Assembly (NCBI GenBank): GCA_965204775.1
Contig: CBDBFH010000029.1
Span: 184,468 to 248,467, forward strand
Source: Alphaproteobacteria bacterium
GTDB taxonomy: Bacteria; Pseudomonadota; Alphaproteobacteria; JAPOUT01; G958296285
Direction of reading: 5' to 3'
Length of the DNA: 64,000 bases
The notes under the pieces are model-generated. The model made no database searches and was not told where the DNA came from. It saw only the letters and a program-made list of their open reading frames with translations. The translations under genes were made by a program, and so were the position numbers. Of this stretch, positions 59,089-64,000 are shown piece after piece. Every line of letters starts with the position of its first letter. Position 1 is the stretch's first letter.

Positions 59089-60347
59089 TGGGTTTTTTCC
59101 GGGAGGGCGTTTTCGGGGCATTCGGGCGTGAGTTCGCGCCGCGCCCGGCGGGCGTACCATAGCACGCCCGCCGGGGCGCTGGCGCCGTGGAGGAGGATGC
59201 TGAGCAGGACGGTGATGACGGCGATGGAGACGATCCGGTCGGCTTCGGGGAAGCCGCTTTCGCGCACGACGAAGAGGGCGAAGAGCACCGAGGCCAGTCC
59301 GCGCGGTCCGAACCATCCGATGAAGAGATGGGTCCACCAGCGCAGTCCGGAGCCGAGCAGTGCGAGCGAGCAGCCTGCCATGCGGATCACGGTGAGGCTG
59401 AGGAGGGCGTAGAGGAGGTCGCGTGGGGTTGCGTTGAGGAGGGCTTCGGGGGCCAGCGCCGCGCCGAAGAAGAGGAAGGTGAGGAGGAGGAGGAAGCGGC
59501 CTTCGAGTTCGGCGAATTCATAGACGTGTCCGCGCATTCCGCGTGCGGCGTGTCCGAAGGCGAGTCCGGCGCAGAAGGCGGCGAGGAAGCCGTTGCCGCC
59601 GATCAGGCTGGCGAGGGCGTAGGCGGCGGGGGCGAGGATGAGGATGGAGATCTGGACGAAGTGTGGGTGCATCCAGCGGCGTTGTGTTGCGCGGCGGATG
59701 AGGAGTCCGCCGAGCCATCCGGCGGCGATTCCGGCGAGGGGTCCGAGCACGATTTGTGCGGCGGCGAAGGCGATCCAGGTTGCGGGGGTTCCGGCCATTG
59801 CGTCCATGCCGCCCATTGCGCCGGCGAGGGAGACGAGGATGAGGACGGCGGGGAGGGCGAGGCCGTCATTGAGGCCGCTTTCGACGCTGAGGGTTTCGCG
59901 GATGCGCTGGGGGAGTCGCCTGTCTTCGACGACGGCGAGGCCGAGGGCGGCGTCGGTGGGTGCGAGGATGGCGGCGATCAGCAGTGCGGTGAAGATGGAT
60001 ATGGCGGGGTAGAGGGCGGCGGCGGCGAGGGTTCCGAAGAGGATGACGAGGGGCAGGCCGATCAGGAGGAGGCGCAGGGGGAGGGCGTAGAATTTGCGCA
60101 GTCCGGTGAGTTCGATCTTGGCGGCGTCGGAGAAGAGGATGAGCATGAGGGTGAGTTCGGCGATGCCGTAGAGGATTTCGTGGGCGATTTCGAAGTGGAG
60201 GATGGCGAAGAATTGGGGTGCGGCGAGGAGTCCCAGCCCGGCGAAGATCATGGGGGCGGTGACCGGGCTGCGGTCGAGGCGGCGCGAGACCAGCCCGAAG
60301 AGGAGGAAGGCCAGGGCGACGAGCAGGATATCGGAGTGTTCCATCAT
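59085..60347 (-). CDS. Cation:proton antiporter (CPA1 / NhaP-type Na+/H+ exchanger)
   Basis: ILAPTDAALGLAVVE..LSVESGLNDGLALP exchanger motifs. Confidence 0.8.
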   Translation of the reverse strand: MMEHSDILLVALAFLLFGLVSRRLDRSPVTAPMIFAGLGLLAAPQFFAILHFEIAHEILYGIAELTLMLILFSDAAKIELTGLRKFYALPLRLLLIGLPLVILFGTLAAAALYPAISIFTALLIAAILAPTDAALGLAVVEDRRLPQRIRETLSVESGLNDGLALPAVLILVSLAGAMGGMDAMAGTPATWIAFAAAQIVLGPLAGIAAGWLGGLLIRRATQRRWMHPHFVQISILILAPAAYALASLIGGNGFLAAFCAGLAFGHAARGMRGHVYEFAELEGRFLLLLTFLFFGAALAPEALLNATPRDLLYALLSLTVIRMAGCSLALLGSGLRWWTHLFIGWFGPRGLASVLFALFVVRESGFPEADRIVSIAVITVLLSILLHGASAPAGVLWYARRARRELTPECPENALPEKTQ

Positions 60348-60408
60348 GGCGGGAAAGAGTTTATACTGCGCTCCGGGTTTTTCGGAAGAAAGAAGAGGAG
60401 GCCGGATC

Positions 60409-61161
60409 ATGGTTCAGGCAGGCGAAAAGAGGGAGCAGGACGAGCGGGAGGTTCGGTGCGATCTGGCTGCGCTCTACCGGCTGGTGGCGCTGCATGGGTG
60501 GGACGACCTGATCTACACGCATATTTCGGCGCGGGTTCCGGGGGAGGACGGGCGTTTTTTGATCAATCCCTACGGGATGACGTTTGACGAGATCACGGCG
60601 TCGAGTCTGATCAAGATTGATGTGGAGGGGAACAAGGTTGCGGAGAGTCCGTATGAGGTCAATCCGGCGGGCTTCACGATTCACAGCGCGATGCATATGG
60701 AGGCGGCGGATGCGCATTGCGTGATTCACACGCATTCGAGTGACGGGGTTGCGGTTTCGGCGCAGAAGGAGGGTTTGCTGCCGCTTTCGCAGACGGCGAT
60801 GGTTGTTTTGGGGGATCTGGCCTATCACGACTATGAGGGGATTGCGCTGGATCATGCTGAGCGTTCGCGGCTGATTTCGGACATGGGTGACAATCACTGC
60901 ATGATTTTGCGCAATCATGGTTTATTGACGACCGGGGCGACGTGTGCGGACGCCTTTTTGCGTTTATTTTTTCTGGAGCGCGCCTGCACGATGCAGGTTC
61001 GGGCGCTGGGTGGCAATGTGACGTTGAACATGCCCAATCAGGGAGTTGCGGAGAAGACGGCGGCGCAGGCGCCCTTCCGGACGGCGCAGGGGATTGGCGT
61101 TCTGGCCTGGCCTGCGCTTCTGCGCAAACTCGACCGCCACAGCCCCGGATACAGGGATTAG
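60409..61161 (+). CDS. Class II aldolase/adducin-family protein
   Basis: HTHS..GVA metal-binding region (AHCVIHTHSSDGVAVS); GAGGAGG RBS. Confidence 0.75.
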   Translation: MVQAGEKREQDEREVRCDLAALYRLVALHGWDDLIYTHISARVPGEDGRFLINPYGMTFDEITASSLIKIDVEGNKVAESPYEVNPAGFTIHSAMHMEAADAHCVIHTHSSDGVAVSAQKEGLLPLSQTAMVVLGDLAYHDYEGIALDHAERSRLISDMGDNHCMILRNHGLLTTGATCADAFLRLFFLERACTMQVRALGGNVTLNMPNQGVAEKTAAQAPFRTAQGIGVLAWPALLRKLDRHSPGYRD

Positions 61162-61171
61162 CCCCGGTTTA

Positions 61172-62062
61172 ATGAGCGAAATATCCAATGAAGACAGGCG
61201 GCATATGACCTTTCGGCAAGCCGAAGGGCTAGACCCTTTACCGAGACCGCTCAAATTAAAAGAACTTTCCCCGGAACTGTGTATAGATCTATATCGTGTT
61301 GTTGAGGGTAGCATTCGTGACTCGCTGAAGGTAGATCCTGTTACCGGCGATTATTCTCCTCGACCGCATAGTCCATGGATTGTGATAGCGTCAGAAGTCT
61401 CAAAGTCCCATCTGTACTACTTATTAGATAGGATGAACTATTTCGAGCTTCGCGAACACTGGCGAAGCCTTATAGAACAGTATAAAGAGGGCCCCAAGCG
61501 TGACAGCTATGCGTATATACTCGAGTTCTTGCAGATAGCCGTGAGGCACCATAGGCCTGATTCTCCTTTAACAAGGGCATTAAGGTCGATTTTTAAACAA
61601 CACCGGGCATCTTATTTTATAGATACCTCCGCCCTCCCAGTAACCATTATGCCGAAATCTTCCCCTGCCGAGGGAGAGGCGGTTCAGGAAAGTATGAAAA
61701 CCCTTCGGGAAAAAGGACAAAAGGGCGCATGGTCGCATGTCAGGAAGGCCGGTCAGCACATCAATCAGGGAGAATGGGCCGACAGCATAAGAGAAAGCAT
61801 CCATGCCGTCGAGTCCGTCGTTCGTAAAGAAAGTGGAGAGAACTCACTGAAAAGAGCATTGGATCGTATTGACGGATTACATCCTGCCTTAAAGAAGGGA
61901 ATAAATGAACTTTATGCCTATACTTGCGATGAGGAGGGGGTTCGTCATGCTCTGCTTGACGGAAGCCAGGCGAATGTTGGCGAAGATACAGCCCTATATA
62001 TGTATGGCGCGTGTGCGTCCTTTGCCTCCTTTTTGGTGAAGCAGCAATATGCGCCGCGCTGA
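61172..62062 (+). CDS. Hypothetical protein, possible AbiJ-like abortive-infection protein (AbiJ-NTD-like N-terminus, HEPN-like C-terminus)
   Basis: Low-GC (~48%) gene. N-terminus TFRQAEGLDPLPRPL..LCIDLYRVV resembles AbiJ N-terminal domains. C-terminal helical region carries an Rx4H string (RIDGLH) and GVRHAL. Assignment is from memory of the families, not a search. Confidence 0.4.
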   Translation: MSEISNEDRRHMTFRQAEGLDPLPRPLKLKELSPELCIDLYRVVEGSIRDSLKVDPVTGDYSPRPHSPWIVIASEVSKSHLYYLLDRMNYFELREHWRSLIEQYKEGPKRDSYAYILEFLQIAVRHHRPDSPLTRALRSIFKQHRASYFIDTSALPVTIMPKSSPAEGEAVQESMKTLREKGQKGAWSHVRKAGQHINQGEWADSIRESIHAVESVVRKESGENSLKRALDRIDGLHPALKKGINELYAYTCDEEGVRHALLDGSQANVGEDTALYMYGACASFASFLVKQQYAPR

Positions 62063-62070
62063 TCAGGCAA

Positions 62071-62140
62071 CTCTTCCGTCATTCCCGCCCCCTTCCGTCA
62101 TTCCCGCCCCCTTCCGTCATTCCCGCGAACGCGGGAATCC
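62071..62140. repeat. Left array of the palindromic repeat (units ccttccgtcattcccgc[gaacgcgggaatcc], reverse orientation), copy 1
   Basis: Three consecutive units; the last one is the complete palindrome ttcccgcgaacgcgggaa. Confidence 0.85.
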
Positions 62141-62162
62141 ACCTGTTGCCCATCTGTCGCCC

Positions 62163-62450
62163 ATGAAAAAGCCGTGCGTTTATATTCTCGCCAGCAGACG
62201 AAAGGGAACCCTCTATACGGGCGTCACCTCTAATCTCGCAGGACGCGTCTGGCAGCACAGGGAGGGGCAGGTTGAAGGCTTCACGAAGAAGTATCATGTG
62301 CGATTGCTGGTCTGGTATGAGGTCCATGAGTCGATGATTTCGGCCATCGCCAGAGAGAAGGCCATAAAGAAGTGGTATCGCGCCTGGAAGATCGAATTGA
62401 TTGAAAAATCCAACCCGGAGTGGAAGGACTTATACGATCAGATTGTTTGA
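62163..62450 (+). CDS. GIY-YIG nuclease family protein (COG2827-type, 95 aa), copy 1
   Basis: VYILASRRKGTLYTGVTSNLAGRVWQHREG..KAIKKWYRAWKIELI matches the stand-alone GIY-YIG (URI) domain. Confidence 0.8.
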   Translation: MKKPCVYILASRRKGTLYTGVTSNLAGRVWQHREGQVEGFTKKYHVRLLVWYEVHESMISAIAREKAIKKWYRAWKIELIEKSNPEWKDLYDQIV

Positions 62451-62463
62451 CTTGTTTTTGCTA

Positions 62464-62570
62464 TGGATTCCCGCGTTCGCGGGAATGACGGAAGAAAGGC
62501 GGGGATGATGATGGATTCCCGCTTTCGCGGGAATGACCGAAGAAAGGCGGGAATGACGGAAGAAAGGTGC
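62464..62570. repeat. Right array of the palindromic repeat (units ggattcccgcg(t/c)ttcgcgggaatgac(c/g)gaagaaagg, forward orientation), copy 1
   Basis: Three units, each a 9-bp stem / 2-nt loop palindrome plus a gacggaag tail. Confidence 0.85.
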
Positions 62571-62692
62571 GGGAAACCGCCCCTGCCGTCCGCGCTGGTC
62601 TTGGCTGTCGGCAATGGCTTGGGCGGGGGCCTTTGCCGTTATAGGGTTTGGTGAAATTGCGCGAGATCAGCATCGCGCCGACATCCTCGCCC
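62571..62692 (-). pseudogene. Duplicated 3'-terminal ~120 bp of the SNase-like gene; stop codon lost
   Basis: About 90% identical to 63315-63436. Minus-strand translation GGEDVGAMLISRNFTKPYNGKGPRPSHC equals the C-terminus of the 63351-63746 product. Confidence 0.6.
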
Positions 62693-62743
62693 CCTTCCGT
62701 CATTCCCTATCCCCTTTCGTCATTCCCGCGAATGCGGGAATCC
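62693..62743. repeat. Left palindromic-repeat array, copy 2
   Basis: ccttccgtcattccctatcccctttcgtcattcccgcgaatgcgggaatcc. Confidence 0.85.
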
Positions 62744-62765
62744 ACCTGTCGCCGATCCGTCGCCC

Positions 62766-63053
62766 ATGAAAAAGCCGTGCGTTTATATTCTCGCCAGCAG
62801 ACGAAAGGGAACCCTCTATACGGGCGTTACCTCTAATCTCGCAGGACGCGTCTGGCAGCACAGGGAGGGGCAGGTTGAAGGCTTCACGAAGAAATATCAT
62901 GTGCGACTGCTGGTCTGGTATGAGGCCCATGAGTCGATGATTTCGGCCATCGCCAGAGAGAAGGCCATAAAGAAGTGGTATCGCGCCTGGAAGATCGAAT
63001 TGATTGAAAAATCCAACCCGGAGTGGAAGGACTTATACGATCAGATTGTTTGA
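62766..63053 (+). CDS. GIY-YIG nuclease family protein, copy 2 (1 aa different from copy 1)
   Basis: Near-identical DNA to 62163-62450. Confidence 0.8.
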   Translation: MKKPCVYILASRRKGTLYTGVTSNLAGRVWQHREGQVEGFTKKYHVRLLVWYEAHESMISAIAREKAIKKWYRAWKIELIEKSNPEWKDLYDQIV

Positions 63054-63065
63054 CTTGTTTTTGCT

Positions 63066-63310
63066 ATGGATTCCCGCGTTCGCGGGAATGATGGAAGAAA
63101 GGCGGGGATGATGATGGATTCCCGCTTTCGCGGGAATGACCGAAGAAAGGCGGGAATGACGGAAGGGGGCAGGAATGACGATGGATCCCCGCGTTCGCAG
63201 GAATGACGGAAGGGGGGCAGGAATGACGATGGATTCCCGCGTTCGCGGGAATGACGGAAGAAGGCAGGAATGACGGTGGATTCACGCGTTCGCGGGAATG
63301 ACGAACGCAG
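63066..63310. repeat. Right palindromic-repeat array, copy 2 (about 6 units, expanded relative to copy 1)
   Basis: Repeated ggattcccgcgttcgcgggaatgacggaag(a/g)..; unit spacing ~40-48 bp with near-identical inter-unit sequence. Confidence 0.85.
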
Positions 63311-63350
63311 GGGTGCGGGAAATTGCCCCTGCCGTCCGCGCCGGTCTTGG

Positions 63351-63746
63351 CTAGAGGCAATGGCTTGGGCGGGGGCCTTTGCCGTCATAGGGTTTGGCGA
63401 AATTGCGCGAGATCAACATCGCGCCGACATCCTCGCCCCCGGCGGTGAAAACCCGCGCAACATGACGGCGCGCATATTTGCCCGGAGCAATCTCGCGCAG
63501 ATAAACCGTCCGCCCCTCCAGCTTCTTTAACTCCAGATGCGCCGCCCGGCCCAGACGGCGCGCCTTCTCGCAAGGGGCGTTGCGCTCGGCGGCGTCAATC
63601 CCGCGCAGGCGGATCACCGCCTCGGTCGTAACGCCGGGCCAGATCTGGGCGTGAACCCGGATCGTGTCGCCGTCGGTCGCCGAAAGAACGGTCGCCGGAA
63701 TCGTCGCGGCCAAAAAAAGAGCGGCAAACATCGAAACGGTCTCCAT
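63351..63746 (-). CDS. Secreted thermonuclease (staphylococcal-nuclease / SNase-like)
   Basis: Signal peptide MFAALFLAATIPATVLS followed by TDGDTIRVH..IRLRGIDAAE..KLEGRTVYL (SNase catalytic region). Confidence 0.7.
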   Translation of the reverse strand: METVSMFAALFLAATIPATVLSATDGDTIRVHAQIWPGVTTEAVIRLRGIDAAERNAPCEKARRLGRAAHLELKKLEGRTVYLREIAPGKYARRHVARVFTAGGEDVGAMLISRNFAKPYDGKGPRPSHCL

Positions 63747-64000
63747 TGTGCAATCCGTCCAGTCTGGCGGTAAAAGTTAAAATGACGCTAATGCGCGCAG
63801 TTTAAGAGGAAGCGTAGGGGCGGGGATTAATTTGCGGTGGGAGGTGGCCCCGCCCCGCCATGCGCTGCGCGCGCAGTCAGCAGGTCCCTCAAAACGAAAA
63901 CTAATATGCCCAGTTGCATAAACCTTTCGGCAAAATCCAAGAAGGCCTTTGTCTCGCTTTCCAGTGGTTGATAAGGGGGCCATGCGCTGATGAGTTCATT

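Noticed and set aside
62071-63310. Possible CRISPR array
   Set aside because: Repeats are 18-bp perfect palindromes with a short tail. The inter-repeat sequences are only ~15-20 bp and near-identical to each other, not unique spacers, and no cas genes are present. Better explained as REP/MITE-like hairpin repeats.
63777-63983. 68-aa minus-strand ORF at the window end
   Set aside because: No homology signal or RBS visible; it overlaps a GC-rich inverted repeat. Insufficient support.

Overview
This is a high-GC (about 67-68%) chromosomal segment with alphaproteobacterial gene content and order (hemA-type ALA synthase, ihfA-merR, bamE-plsX-fabH). Most of it is housekeeping: gatB 3' end, a GST, tesB, methylmalonyl-CoA mutase mutA/mutB, serS, dapA, smpB, UDG, folK, rpoZ, relA/spoT, pdxJ-acpS-lepB-rnc-era-recO, a TRAP transporter, hemB/hemA, hppA, bamE, plsX-fabH-ihfA-merR, cysE, hisI, folE, cysS, thrS, nadK-moaA, and two tRNAs (Ser-GCU, Leu-UAA). 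Three low-GC accessory patches stand out. (i) The tRNA-Ser(GCU)/serS locus is rearranged: a ~300-bp imperfect direct repeat (tRNA plus its 5' flank; the distal copy is a degenerate pseudo-tRNA) brackets a 3' fragment of a PAPS-reductase-family gene and an orphan type-IVb-like prepilin gene, and is followed by a 974-aa protein of unknown function whose annotated 5' end lies inside the repeat. (ii) Two tandem paralogous genes (DUF4268-like, with a nuclease-like N-terminus), ~50% GC, sit inside a translationally coupled cysS-sufU-like-[P1-P2]-yidD-thrS string with overlapping start/stop codons. (iii) At the 3' end, a low-GC HEPN/AbiJ-like gene is followed by a tandemly duplicated ~0.65-0.75-kb unit. 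Each unit carries a small GIY-YIG nuclease gene flanked by inverted arrays of a palindromic repeat, and the cluster ends in a secreted SNase-like thermonuclease gene. Smaller oddities are in-frame 15-bp tandem repeats inside three genes (a histone H1-like gene, folK, hisI), a 9-bp ATGAGA repeat forming a Met-Arg mini-ORF overlapping the plsX start, and an unusually short mutA. No CRISPR array, integrase or transposase gene was seen.
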